The notes below the pieces were generated by a model. It was not told the origin of the DNA. It searched no databases and was given only the letters and a program-made list of their open reading frames with translations. Positions 36,635 to 49,489 of a DNA stretch of 64,000 nucleotides are shown piece by piece (the stretch's first letter is position 1; each line of letters starts with the position of its first letter). The stretch spans positions 12,836,284 through 12,900,283 of the forward strand of contig JAHRHZ010000223.1 in NCBI GenBank assembly GCA_024137785.1. The letters are read 5' to 3'. This DNA comes from Ginglymostoma cirratum. Its lineage: Eukaryota. The translations under genes and the position numbers were made by a program.

Positions 36635-36930
36635 GGGGAATATCACTGGACTTGTATTTCAGAGGCCCAGGTTAATGCTCTGGGTATATGGGCTCAAACT
36701 GGAATTCATTCAATTAATAAAACAAACCAGTGATGAAACAAGAAATGAAACTATCATTTTTTGTTAGACATCCCAGCTATTCACTAATGTCCTTTGGTGA
36801 AGGAAATCTGTCATCTTTTTACCAGATCTGGCCTGATCAAACTCTAGACTCGCCCCAGCAAGCCAACTGGGAATGCAAGACAATTAGGAGTGGGCCTGGC
36901 CATTGATAATGCATGCCCCGTGAAATAATG
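36635..36930 (+). mobile_element. Decayed tRNA-head SINE sharing head and tail with the element at 46815
   Basis: 'atatcactggact…cagaggcccaggttaatgctctggg…gggctcaaa', 'ttcactaatgtccttt…gaaggaaatctg', and tail 'caattagg…ggcctggcca'. Confidence 0.55.
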
Positions 36931-36999
36931 TATTTTTTCCAAAAAGTCCATTCTTTAAAAATGTTGCTGAATGTTCAAAAGGACCGAAGAATTAAGAAT

Positions 37000-37310
37000 T
37001 CAGTGTACTACTGAAGGAGCGCTGCACGGTTTAGAGTGTCAACTTTTGCAACAGACTTTAAACTGAACCTTGCCTACCTTCTCAGGGAATTAAGGGTCCA
37101 CATTATGACCACTAAGAAAAGCAAGGCATGCTCCTAAGTGCCTGTCAGCAATTATCATTAATCAACATAACAAAAATAAACTGACCATTCTCAATTGATT
37201 ATTTGTTGGAGCTCTCTATGCACAATTTGGCAGCTGAATCGCCTACATTATAAACAGTTAAAACACGAAGTAAGTCATGGCAATTTGGTGGTGGGAAAGT
37301 CATTTGATTG
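37000..37310 (+). mobile_element. DeuSINE-type SINE fragment
   Basis: 'cagtgtactactgaaggagcgctgcac…ttaaactga…atgcacaatttggcagctg…cctacatta'. Confidence 0.6.
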
Positions 37311-38720
37311 TGAGGCACACCTCCAAATTAAAAACACACTAAGTACACGTGATTGACTGTACAGCAGTTTGGGATATCCTGAATTAGTGAATAGCAATAT
37401 TTACACACATTCATTAATATATGCATTTCTACTATACAAAATAGTTATATCTTCAAAGATCAAACATATACGAAAGAAAATTAGAAAATGGCTGAAAAAA
37501 GAAATAGACTTTCAAAGCTGGAAACTTCATACATTTAAGGACGGACCTGCACTCTGCAAGTACTTGTATGTCACTAGTTAAAAATTCAAAAATGCAAATA
37601 ATATTAAATACACACTTTGCATAACACACATATCACAACCCTACACGAAATTTCGCTTCTTTCAAAGATGGATTCTGCTCCTTCCACCTTGGTTACGTCA
37701 AACAATTTAGTTACACATTTAGATTTTTGAAAACATACATTTTTTTTCCTTGTACTTTCAGTGACTTGAAAATTGAACAGAATGTGCTGCTTATCATTTG
37801 CATGCAGACTCAATTGAACGGGAATATCTCCGACAGATTTCAACACTTCCAATCCAAGCACATTTCATGACAATAGTTTCATGTCCAAAAAAAAAACACA
37901 TCTGGTTGCATAAGCAGAAAAGCAGGTCAGCGATGAAAAATGTTGGTTTATTTTGACACGTATGTCCAGAATACAGGCACGGACCTCTAAACTACCTACA
38001 TAACAATTTAAATCCAAAGCAGACATCTATGTCAAAAAAATTTATTCTGTAAACTGTCTGCAACAAATGATCATAAACCACAGCAAAAAAAATTACTCCA
38101 TCTGACTGGAAATATTTAAGCCTACTGGATGTTTGATAACCTGACTAAGACTTAACCCACACTCTTGCTGATACCTTAACTCACACATATAAATCACATC
38201 ATATCTAGATACCTCAGCAAGTAAGTGTAAATGGGGTAACATTGGTGAACATCAGTAAAAACTGTTTCAAAAGACTACTTTGGCTCAGGATACTACGTGG
38301 ACCTCAAAGCAAAGGCACAAAAATAAAGCATTTCACTTGCAAAACTAATTAATGCAACCTTGATGTATGAAGTCTATTCAGTGTACAACAGTAGAAGCTG
38401 TATTCCCTAGCTTGTCATGATGGACAGGTTTATTCTAAGAAATGTTTGTTTTAGTACATGCCAGTAAAGATCAAGTACCAGAACAGTTACATTATTGATC
38501 TGACACCACTGTAAAACTGTGAAGTAGCATATGTTTAGGAGCTGACTGTGCAAGACATGCCAACAATGCATATGGACAGAAGTAATACACGGCTTCAGAC
38601 TTCTGAAGTGAAAGTGAATTAAGGGTGATCTTTGTGAACAGGGTCAGGTATCAAGTTTTTGAAAGATTCACTATTTGTAATTATCTGATGACAGTATGAA
38701 CTATACCAGCCAGTTAATTA

Positions 38721-38780
38721 GGGTGGCACTGTGGTTAGCACTGCTGCCTCACAGCACCATGGGCCCAGATTCAATTCCAA
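38721..38780 (+). mobile_element. HE1 tRNA-derived head only
   Basis: gggtggcactgtggttagcactgctgcctcacagcacc…agattcaattcca. Confidence 0.8.
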
Positions 38781-39725
38781 TCTGATTAGTAAATTTGCCA
38801 ATGACGCAAATGTTGGTGGAATTGCGGATAGCGATGAGGACCGTCAAAGGATACAGCAGGATATAGATCGGTTGGTGACTTGGGCAGAGAGATGGCAGAT
38901 GGACTTTATCCAGAAAAACGTGCGGTAATGCATTTTGGAAGATCTAATCTAGATGGAAAATATACAGTAAATGGCAGAACCCTTAAGAGTACCGATAGGC
39001 AGAGAGATCTGGGTGTACAGGCATACAGGTCACTGAAAGTGGCAACGCAGTTGGAAAAAGGTAGTCAACAAGGCATTTGGCATGCTTGCCTTCATCAGCC
39101 AGGGCACTGAGTTTAAAAATTGGCAGGTAATGTTGTAGCTGTATAGAACCTTAGTTAGGCCACATTTGGAATATTGTTCAATTCTGGTCGCCACACTACC
39201 AGAAGGATATAGTGGCTTTGGAGAGGGTACAGAAAAGATTTACCAGGATGTTGCCTGGTATGGAGGGCATTAGCTATGAGGAGAGGTTGGAGAAACTTGG
39301 GCTGTTCTCACTGGAACAACAGAGGTTGACGGCAGACCTGATAGAGGTCTACATGATTATGAAGGGCATGGACAGATTGGATAGTCAGAAGCTTTTTCCC
39401 AGGTGGAAGTGTCAGTTACCAGGGGCCATGGGTTTAAAGGTGTGAGGGGCAAGGTTTAAAGGTGATGTACGAGGCAAGTTTTTTTTTACACGGAGGATGG
39501 TGGGTGCCTAGAACTCGCTGCCAGGAAAGGTAGTGGAAGCAGATACGTTAGTGAGTTTTAAAGGGAGTCTTGAGTCTTGAGTCTTGGCAAATACATGAAT
39601 AGAATGAGAATAGAGGGATACGATCCCCGGAAGGGTAGAGTGTTTTAGTTGTGATGGGCAGCATGTCGGTGCAGGCTTGGAGGGCCGAAGGGCCTGATCC
39701 TGCGCTGTAATTTTCTTTGTTCTTT
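38781..39725 (+). mobile_element. 5'-truncated CR1 LINE (same subfamily as 32128-34080)
   Basis: LISKFAND..VGG…WAERWQM; LERVQKRFTRMLPGMEG; 3' UTR 'gagggccgaagggcctg…gctgtaattttctttgttcttt'. Confidence 0.93.
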
Positions 39726-41466
39726 ATTTCGAAGCAAGACAGAGTGAGGGAGCGAGTGCGTACAGGTGTGTTGCGATGAATTTTTCTATGCCTTGGAATA
39801 CTCACCTTTCCTCAAGTACATTCAAATAGTTCTAAACTGGCATTCCTACTGCTATAATGATATCATGGGATTTCATTAAATATATCCATGCAAGAAAAAT
39901 AAATAAACAACAAAACAACTCAATAAGACAGCATAGATTTCCCATCTCCATTGTCATTTGTACTGATTGCTTTGTCTTCCATTACTGCAAGCCGTCAAAT
40001 AAATACCTTCCAAACAAAAGCAAACAGCAGCACTACACTAACTACAGTATATCTCCCAAATTAGTATTGGAGCTCCTACAGAATATCACATCAGTTACCA
40101 GAGGAAAAAGACAAAGTATAACCAAGGACAGACTGAAAAAGGTGCATTGGCCTGGGTTTGCAGCTATGATAACGGAAAAACCGTCAGCATTTGCCATGAT
40201 TACTGTGAAACTGAAGGCAATATCTGGTGTCTGTACATGCAGTTAAATGCAAAAATTCAGAAGTTGCTATCTGCAGTCCCTCACTCCTTCACAGGTTGTG
40301 CTTTCATTGAAGAAGTTCGTGGTCAATGAAATTCCATTTTTTATACTATCATTATGACTTCATAAACTCATGAAAGGCTGCCCCTCATTAAATGAGCTAT
40401 AACTGTTTTTATTCACAGCGAAGTCATTATTACTTTAGAACAACCTCTCTGACCCTGAAAAATTCATTTCCCTTTTATGGAATGTATACTTTTTCCATTC
40501 CATTGTAGAAATTGGACACATTATTAAAACTATACTCAAAGTTTATAACTCAGCTTCTAGTCTTCACTCTATCTGAGCTCCCCAATCTTTAATTGGCTTT
40601 GAGTAAAAATTATATAAAAAAAGTGAATGATCAAACCTGCCTATTATTTGCTGATTTCACAATCTGAGAATTCTTCAGTGTAATTAGTTGGTTTGCCAGT
40701 TCAACGATATTACTCTTGCTGGAGGTGGGAAATTACCCATTGCTGGCAGTCAAATGGAATTAATGTCAGGAAAGTTAAACTCCATACCATAGAGCTCGCT
40801 CGGTCATTGTGGCCAGCTTTCTTTGTGACCAGCATTATTTCACCGTTGGTTGCAAAATCTTCAACTATATCCTTGAAATATACCCCTGTCTGTACCAGAC
40901 CTACCACACCAAAATAAATGAAGCATGCTTTGCACAAGCATTTTTCACCCCTTCTTTAGGAGTCAGCTACTCCTTTTAAAAAGAAAATCACTGACCAGCA
41001 TCATATTCAACTTGTTTTCCATAGGTAATACCAACTCCCTTCCCCAGACAACTTAAATCCCAAGATTCTGGAACACATCACAAAAGATCCACACACGTTT
41101 CTCCCAAAACGTCTTTCAACCATTTCATAGTTCAGCTTCTGCCTTGCCCACAGTACGATGACCACCTTGTCAAAATTATGAACGGCAGCGTTTTTCACTG
41201 GAACAATGGTAGATTTAACCTTCTTAGGCTCCTCAATCTATTTGATAAATTTGTCAAGTTCATCTATGAAATCCTATTGCACAAGCCTATTTCTGTGGAA
41301 CCGGCCCGTTCTGATTCGACTATTATGTCTGAATGCAGCAAGAACATCTGCAGCAGTGGCTTCCTATCTATCCCTTCATAGTTAAAGCCAAAGCACGCTA
41401 AACTTTGATTCTTCCTTCACTCCCTTTTCCTAATATGCATGCTGTTTGTGGCATTATCTCTAAACG

Positions 41467-42641
41467 TAAGAACATACATAAGAACTAGGAGCAAAAGTAG
41501 GCCATCCAGCCTTTCGAGCCTGCTCCGCCATTCAATAAGATCATGGCTGATCTTTTTGTGGACTCAGATCCACTTACCCGCGCTCTCACCGTATCCCTTA
41601 ATTCCTTTATTGTTCAAAAAAAATCTACCTTAGCTTTAAAAACGTTTACTGAAGTAGTGTCAACTACTTCACTGGGCAAGGAATTCCATACATTAACAAC
41701 CCACTGGGTGAAGAAGTTCCTTCTCAATTCAGTCCTAAATCTGCTCCCTCTAATCTTGAGGCTATGCCCTCTTGTCCTAGCTTCACCTGCCAGTGGAAAC
41801 ATCCTCTCTACTTCTATCTTATCTATTCCCTTCATAATTTTATATGTTTCTATAAGATCCCCCCTCAATCTTCAGCATTCCAATGAATATAATCCCAATC
41901 TACTCAGTCTCTCCTCATAAGCCAACCCCCTCAACTCCGGAATCAACCTCGTGAACCTCCTCTGCACCCCCTCCAGTGCCAGTACATCCTTTTTCAAGTA
42001 AGGAGACCAAAACTGCACATCGTACTCCAGGTGTGGCCTCACCAGCACCTTGTACAGCTGCAACATAACCTCTCTGCTTTTAAACTCAATCCCTTTAGCA
42101 ATGAAAGACAAAATTCCATTTGCCTTCCTAATTACTTGTTGTACCTGCAGACCAACCTTCTGTGATTCATGCACAAGGACAGCCAGGTCCCTCTGCATAG
42201 CAGCATGCTGCAACTTTTTACCATTCAAGTAATAATCATTTTTACTGTTACTCCTACCAAAATGTACGCTTCACATTTACTTACATTGTATTCCATCTGC
42301 CAGACCTTTGCCCACTCACTCAATGTATTTATGTTCCTTGGCAAGGTTTCACAGTCCTCTGCACACTTTGCTCTGCCACTCACCTTAGTGTCATCTGCAA
42401 ACTTTGACACCCTACACGTGGTCCCCAACTCCAAATCATCTATATAAATTGTAAATAATTGCAGTCCCAACACCGATCCCTGAGGCACACCAGTAGTCAC
42501 TGATTGCCAGCCAGAATAGCACTCATTTATCCCCACTCTTTGCTTCCTGTTAGTCAACCAATCCTTTATCCATGCTAATACTTTACCCCTAACGCCATGC
42601 ATCCTTGTCTTATGCAGCAGCCTCTTGTGCGGCACCTTGTT
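41467..42641 (-). mobile_element. 5'-truncated CR1 LINE (same subfamily as 25298-27588)
   Basis: VPHKRLLHK…GVPQGSVLG…FADDTKV; RPHLEY.VQFWSP; RTRGHSLKIRG…WNSLP. Tail (taagaaca)-like. Confidence 0.94.
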
Positions 42642-42789
42642 GATTTTAACAGGTCAGCTCACACCCAGCTTTAGTTGTCAACTACTATCCTGGATTCTAT
42701 GATTCTAGACTTTTTGACTTAGTCAGTATTGTCAGATTGGTTTTCTAATATCAAACAAGATGACCAATACTATTTACATGAACCTGACA

Positions 42790-42925
42790 TCCTTTCTTTT
42801 CCGCTGCCTAAGTCAGGTTGCGTTCTACCACTCATTCACACTTCCACAATAACCGGACCTCACTACCACTGAAACTTTTAGCCACATTTTTATTAGCTCC
42901 AAAAATGACTTTCAAACATACTCAT
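42790..42925 (+). mobile_element. Decayed L2-type LINE fragment
   Basis: 'actgaaacttttagccacatttttattagctccaaaaatgact' resembles AETLIHAFVTSRLDY. Confidence 0.35.
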
Positions 42926-42927
42926 TA

Positions 42928-43310
42928 TCTATCAAACAACATGTCCCATCAGCTCCACATAACAAGCAAGGTACTGACTATACGCAACTAGCCTGTGCTT
43001 GCAAAACACACAAAATAGTGTCTAACATTAGATGGGATTCTGAAATTGGACAACATTTGCTAGATAATCCTGAATCTGTGAAAAGTACAGAGCTATCAGT
43101 TGGGATCTCAGTGTGGTGCAACTGTAGGCTATGTATATTAATACACAGGGCCTCTTCTTTGCAGACAGTAAGGCCATGTATATCTACTCCTGTTTCGACT
43201 CAACAAAACAGGTGACAGGCATTCATTGGCTCATTTCTCAGGGCTAAGCCCTGACCAATCAGTGTCAACTTGCTTGCAACATTCCCTCTAAGCCAGTCAG
43301 CATGCAGACA
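42928..43310 (+). mobile_element. Decayed Penelope-like GIY-YIG C-terminal/3' fragment
   Basis: IKQHVPS…SNIRWDSEIGQHLLDNPE resembles the PLE endonuclease 'RIKQH…SAIGQHL' segment. Confidence 0.6.
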
Positions 43311-43589
43311 CATCGATATCCCATTTTTAGAATGTAAATTTATAACCCAGGCACAAAAGTTAAAAAAAAGACAGTTACTACAAATAACATAAATGAAACA
43401 TGCTGAAGTGATTTTTCTTAAAAACAAATGACATTCCAGAAAATTCTCATACCATTAAACAAACAGAATATGCCAAAAAATGTGCAAATTTACAGAAACA
43501 AAGCACAAGCATTTTGTAATCAAGCTGAAATTCATGACAACTCTATCCTCACAACCCAAGGTTAAAAAAAATCAAAACTAGACCCATTT

Positions 43590-44040
43590 CACAAAAATGA
43601 TTCCAAGAATGAGAAACTTCAGTTATAAAGATGGATTGGAGAAGTTGTGACTGTATCCCTTGGAGAGAAGAAAGCTAAGGGTAGATTTAATTAAAGTTTT
43701 CAAAAGCATGAGGAGTCTGGGCAAAGTAGATGGGGGTAGAGAAATTGTTACAACTTAAAAGGTATGAGATCTAGAAGGCACAGATTTAAAGTATTTCACA
43801 AAAGAAAAATATGATGTGAGAAAAACCTTATTCACATAGCAAGTCATTAGGGTCTGGGAGTATGGTGGAGGCAGGTTCAATCAACACATTCAAGAGGGCA
43901 TTAGATATTTATTTGAATACAAACAATGCTCAGGGTTACAGGGAAAAGGCAGGTGAATAAATCATAATGCTCAGACAGCTAATGCAGTGGCAATGAGCTG
44001 AGTGACCCTCCTTCTGCATCATATCAATTCTGTGAAATGA
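43590..44040 (+). mobile_element. Decayed CR1 3' end
   Basis: 'ttcacaaaaatgattccaagaatgaga…ttggagagaagaaagctaaggg…ccttctgcatcatatcaattctgtga'. Confidence 0.8.
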
Positions 44041-45784
44041 TTCTAAACAAGGCTGTCTATGGTAATTTATGATCACTGCAGAAAAACTTTTAGCCCCTCC
44101 ATGATCCACTGCCAAGAAGAAAATTCAAATGCAAAGTTACCAATCCTTTTACCGACAGCATCACCTTGTCCAATTTTCCACCTGTTTTGCAGTTTAAGGT
44201 CTGAGTTTTGGGACACCTACAGATGCTTAGCAATTTCATTAGCACAAGTAAACAGATACATTTCCGGATCAAAAATAACTTTTAAGACCAAAGTAAAAAC
44301 CCACTGTTTGTGCATTTCAAATAAAGGTTACTGTTTTAAAAACAAATTTACACACTGATCCTAAGACAGATAAATTACTCAAAACTGAAATTGTGATTAA
44401 TTTTGGGAACAAGAACCAGCACTGGAGCTTTAGATAAATCAAAACGGAATGGGAGCACAATTATCTCTGACTCCCTCTTTGCTCTGACTACTAATCGAAG
44501 CTTCTAATGTCTCTGAAATAATTGAAAAAACTAGGATGTTCACAAGTTCCAGTTTAACATCTCTATAGTCATTTTAACTCTGCTCGCAAGCTTGTGCCCA
44601 AATGTATCTCTAGTAATTGATTCTATTCTGCATTCCTTTGTATTCCAGTCCAGCCACATCCTGCCCTAGCCCTCGTCTTTTCAAACAGAAACTCCAGTTA
44701 TTCTTGGAAAGGAAAATAACTCACAAGAGCCAACCAAAATGAATCTTGAACAGTAATATACAGAAACCTTGTTCAAAAAGAAGTTATTTTACCAAACGAC
44801 CTTGTAATCAAAGGCATTTTACACAAGATTTGTTGTTTTCCACAAAAGACTAAAATGTTTAACACAGGGGATTTATTTATTTAGTAAAAGATACCTTAGC
44901 TCCAAATATTTTGAAATAAAAACAGTTCAACTTCAATAGCTGGAAACCATCAAGGGCAGCTTATACAATTGTGTTATGAGAAAGGGCTAAAGAAACTCAG
45001 TCCTTTCAGTTTGAAAGGGGGCAGTCAAGAGGTCATCACATTGAAGCTTCGCCACCTTTCCTGTCACATATCTGCACATGCCTTAACATTATTGTTATAC
45101 ATGGGCAGGTCAATAATAAGGACACAAGCAAGAGTTCACAACAGAGCAGATAGGGAATCATTTGCAGTGCATTACCAGAGCTGGACATGACAGAATTACG
45201 ATCACTGCAGCCCAGCCCTCATCATGACCTTGGAAAAGTCAGCGTGAGTGCCATATGCAATTGAGGCACTGCCAGATGGCTCAAGTTAGGAGATGTTCAT
45301 CGTGTTTAACTGTCCAGTCAAGGAGGCTCATTCAGTGATATGTTCTCCAGGTGTAACTGTCGCTTATCCTACAGAACGTAGGAAGTTGCTCTCAACTTCA
45401 GTTTATTCTAAGCAAGATGGTGCTGGAACTGCATACGGATAGAAAGGATCATAACATTATTGATTAATTTTTGCTATGGCTGCTTGTCCAGTCAATAAGT
45501 GATACGGCCGGAAGCGGCTCAAGATCATAAGATTGTAGGTTCAAGACAAACAGCAATACATGGACATTGACAACAGAGTTCATTCCTTTGCAAGGATATA
45601 AGGTTCCAATAACAGGCAATATATTCAGTAACAAAGCAATAGTGCCAGAGCTGCAGGCCTGATGATATTTGGATCATTGCCTGATCCAAGTCATTATTTC
45701 ATACCATTTCAATGCTAGAGCCAACATTAGCTTTGATCTGATGTTTTTCTTGTAACTCAACGATGGAGTGCACAAACTTGTCTA

Positions 45785-46262
45785 GTTCAAACCGCTCCTC
45801 AGTTAATCAGAAATAGTACTGGATGGTGCAGCCAGCATCTCTTTGATCTCGACTTGCCTGGATATGTGCAACGCCAATAGCAGTCATGAAGGTCCACACC
45901 ATCCAGGTCAACGCAGCCTGCTTGATCGACACTACTTGACTCTTTAAAAATTCAATGACTCAACAAGCTTGTACAAAAGCACCTCCCAAAACTGTAATCT
46001 CTACCAGTGAGGACCAATGGCTGCAGAAGCACAGGGACACCATCATTTGCAAATTCTCCTTCAAATCACATACTAACCTGACTTTGAACCATGTCAGCTT
46101 TCCTGGCCTATCCCTGCGCAAAATTATTAACTCCCTCCCTCATACCACTGTGGGTGCACTTACATCACACGGACTGCAGTTCAATGAAGCAGCTCACTAC
46201 CACCCTTGTCAAGGGCAATTAAGAATGGGCTTGCCAGTGATATTCCCATTGATGAATAATTT
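45785..46262 (+). mobile_element. Decayed LINE 3' portion ('caagggcaattaag' tail family)
   Basis: 'cacaccatccaggtcaacgcagcctgcttgat…ggactgcagttcaatgaagcagctcactaccacc…caagggcaattaagaatggg'. Confidence 0.7.
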
Positions 46263-46814
46263 TAAAAATCTGATGAGAATGTTAGGTATTAAACAGTAAC
46301 AAAGATCATGAGCAACCTCTGGTACCAGAGTGAGTTGGTTAAAGGTACATATATCAGACAGAACTAGGCTAAACACATTATGGCAGTTCATTTTGAGCCT
46401 ATGGCAACAACATGGTTGTAACCTATCAAGTTAAGCAGTAGAGACCGTTTGAAAACACTGCTTCATACTAAACAACAGTACAACAAAAGGACACAAGTTC
46501 AAAGTAGTGAAGGGCAAATTTAAGACTAAGATCAATAAATTCTTCTCCACTCAGAGTGATCAATACATGAGATGGACATATAAGTAGGGTAAGGTAACAA
46601 AGGCAAAAACGCAAATAATTTAAGAAACGGATGTTGCAATAGAAAAGATTTTCTAGATCAATAGATTAAGATGGGTCAAATAGCCTACGTCCTTCGCTAT
46701 CTTGTGACGTTCTTCAAAGTAAAAAGGAACAATTTCAACATGCATCTCTTTCAAGAAAGAATAACACTGATACAATCAGCATGAAGAAATTATATGTTGC
46801 ACCAATTCAGAACA

Positions 46815-47690
46815 GTGGCAATGGTAGTATTACTGATAGTAATATTAGTGATGGTCGTAATCCAGAGGCCTGGAGCTAATATTCCAGAGACCAGAGTTCA
46901 AAACCCACCATGGCTAGTGAGTTAAATTCAGCTAATTAATAAACCAGGAATAGAAAACTAGCCCCAATAACAGTAATCATGGAACTGCAGAATAACTTGA
47001 AAAAGATCTGATTCTTTCATGTTATCGTAAGAAGGAAATATCATTTATATATGGCTCCCGACTGACAAGAACGTGCTTAACTCTATTTGCCCTAGCAAAG
47101 TGCTCAGTTGTACAAAATCACTACAGAAGACACACATGAACAAACAAGACAGACTACCCAATATCCATCTAGGTACAAGAGACGACAAAACAGCATGCTG
47201 CCCGGTTTACCCTGCAAGGTTCTCATTACCATCTGGGGAAAGCTGGTGCACAGACTGGTTAGGTCACAACCTGAAAAAAAAATCATACTCACAAGTCAAA
47301 TCTCATAGCCAATGTCCCAGGCTCCCCTTTCACCATCCCAGGGTACGTCCTGTGCTTTACTGCGACAACTTACTCAGACATCAATGGTACCTTCCAAGCC
47401 CATAACACCTATCACCTAAACACACAAAGGTACCACACACCAGGGAACATCACTATCTGAAACTTTCCCTCTAAGACACATACCATCATGACTTGGGGCT
47501 ATACCATCACACCTACCATGACTTGGAGCTATACCATCACGCCTACCATGTCTCTGGGTCAAAATCCTGGAACTACCTCTTCAAAAAATAAAAATGACTA
47601 TACCTACATGAAAATGTGACTCACTACCACATTTACAAGGGCAAATAGAAGTGGACAATAAACTCTGGCCTCGTCAGCAATGCATTATTT
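46815..47690 (+). mobile_element. Internally deleted LINE derivative: tRNA/SINE-like head, start of APE endonuclease, LINE 3' end
   Basis: Head 'gtggcaatggtagtattact…ccagagttcaaaaccc'; LITIWG-KLVHRLVRSQPE..IILT…NVP..PFTIPGYVL (APE N-terminus-like); then the shared tail 'caagggcaaatagaagtggacaataaactctggcc'. Confidence 0.6.
47487..47550. repeat. 30-bp tandem duplication
   Basis: catgacttggggctataccatcacacctac / catgacttggagctataccatcacgcctac. Confidence 0.9.
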
Positions 47691-47804
47691 TGTATACTAT
47701 CAGCAAAATAAATGCAAAACCACTTACAAAACTCTTGAATCAACAGTTGGCTTAGTTGGAACAGCATTGGGTAAGACCCTCTAAAAGAGGATGTCAAATC
47801 TAAA

Positions 47805-47985
47805 GAGATAGCAGGAACTGCAGATGCTGGAGAACTGAGATAACAAGGTGCAGAGCTGGATGAACACAGCAGGCCAAGCAGCATCAGAGGAGCAGGAAGG
47901 CTGACGTTTCGGGCCTAGACCCTTCTTCCTGCTCCTCTGATGCTGCTTGGCCTGCTGTGTTCATCCAGCTCTGCACCTTGTTTTC
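47805..47985. mobile_element. Fold-back PLE mini-element with a perfect 58-bp inverted repeat
   Basis: Arms 47842-47899 and 47925-47982 are exact reverse complements with a 25-nt loop. TSD tgtcaaatctaaa (47792-47804) / tgtcaattctaaa (47986-47998). Confidence 0.92.
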
Positions 47986-48297
47986 TGTCAATTCTAAATT
48001 CAGGTCTAACTCAGCTCATACTCTATACTCAGAATGGCAAGTAAATTTAACCCTCAAGTATCACTGATCCAAACAACATCTCAATAGCGTGCTTCACATT
48101 AATGCAGTTTCTGAAAAAATAAATTTTAGAAGTAAAATCAATGTAATTTTGCTTATTTCGACTCTTCTCTTCAAACTAAATTTATTTTACTCTAAGCAAA
48201 AAGTGTTAATAACAGAAGAAATCAAAATAACTGAAAAAAATCATGCCTGACAACTTGAGTAATTTGAATTGAAAGGTACAAGTATAATTATTAGAAA

Positions 48298-48385
48298 ATT
48301 CTGATGCAAGGACATTGACCTGTAACTGTAATGCTGCTTCTCTTGCTACAGATGCCTGCTGAGCAGTTCCTGCATTTTCCATCAT
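48298..48385 (+). mobile_element. Very old PLE terminal-repeat copy
   Basis: 'ttctgatgcaaggacattgacctgtaac…acagatgcctgctgagcagttcctgcatttt'. Confidence 0.45.
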
Positions 48386-48763
48386 TAACTTAGCATATTG
48401 CAATTCAATTCCATCTCAGTGAAAATTTCTAGCTTCTGGTCAGTTCCTTCATGGAGATCAGTACCCGATACTACTTTTTGGGAGAGGGAAGAGGGTGTAG
48501 GTGGAGGAACTATACATAGAGAGTTTCACTTATCACAGTTTACATGCTCCTTATGCTCAAGACCAAAATTCAAATTGTTTAAAAGGTATTTCCACTCACT
48601 CATTAATTGAATTCAGTTTAATTTCTGTCATGAGAGTATTTTCTGCTGGTATCACATATGCTCAATTGCTCCTAGTCCTTTGTTAAGTCCACTCAAACAG
48701 ATATTAAGAAATGAAATGAGGTGATCATTCCTTTGGCTCTTACCTTGCACTGTGCCTAATAAA

Positions 48764-48875
48764 GACTCTTGTGGCGCAGTGGTAGTGTCCCTATATCAGA
48801 ACCAGGAGCCCCGAGTTCAAGTCCCACCTGCCCCAAAGGTATGCTGAGCAAGTTTATTAGAAAATACCTGCAGGA
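48764..48875 (+). mobile_element. tRNA-derived SINE head fragment
   Basis: A box TGGCGCAGTGG and B box GTTCAAGTCC are present; no complete cloverleaf. Confidence 0.65.
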
Positions 48876-49489
48876 CACCCAACATCTACACTCACTACAA
48901 GGGTGAAAACAGAAATCAGTCAGAATAGGATATTTGTTGCTAATCTGTACCTTGCCACCTCCTGGCCGAGTATACTACACAGCTCAAACATGCTGTCTTC
49001 TCCCACAAACTTTTAGATTAAATTTTTAATCTTTCATGTGTCAACATAATCTATATGAAGCAAGAAGGAATAATCAAAAGCATTCTTTTGGAAGGCAAAT
49101 GACTGTATGATTAATTGACATATTTTTCTACATCACCATTTTTGTTTTAAAAAAAAAAGGCCAGTATTCCTTACAATTAAACTAGGAATTACTGATGGGC
49201 CCTGTTGTATTTCCACTTTTTAGCCTTCAGAGTACATTCTAAATGGAAATGCAAAAGCTGGGACTTTGGCAAGTGGAATTCTCATAGTAATGATGAATAG
49301 TTTCAAACTGAAATTTAACACATTAAACACTGCAAAAGAATTTGCAAATGAACTGTTCCCCGTTAGTTGCAGTTAACAGCCAGTTAATTACTGTGAACAA
49401 GAAACCCTATTGTAACTTGGGGTGGCTTAAAACAATGTATAGAAGACTGGAAATGGAGAGTGGAATTCTTCCAGAACGAACAGATAAGA

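Noticed and set aside
37604-37861. 85-aa ORF as an exon or nested gene
   Set aside because: No recognisable domain or splice context; the length is expected by chance.
39565-39586. (gagtctt)x3 repeat
   Set aside because: Trivial slippage expansion within a CR1 copy.
47487-47550. CRISPR-like array
   Set aside because: Two adjacent 30-bp units without spacers, in eukaryotic TE DNA.
48764-48840. Functional tRNA gene
   Set aside because: A and B boxes are present, but the acceptor and anticodon stems do not pair convincingly. SINE head; the same applies to the HE1 heads.
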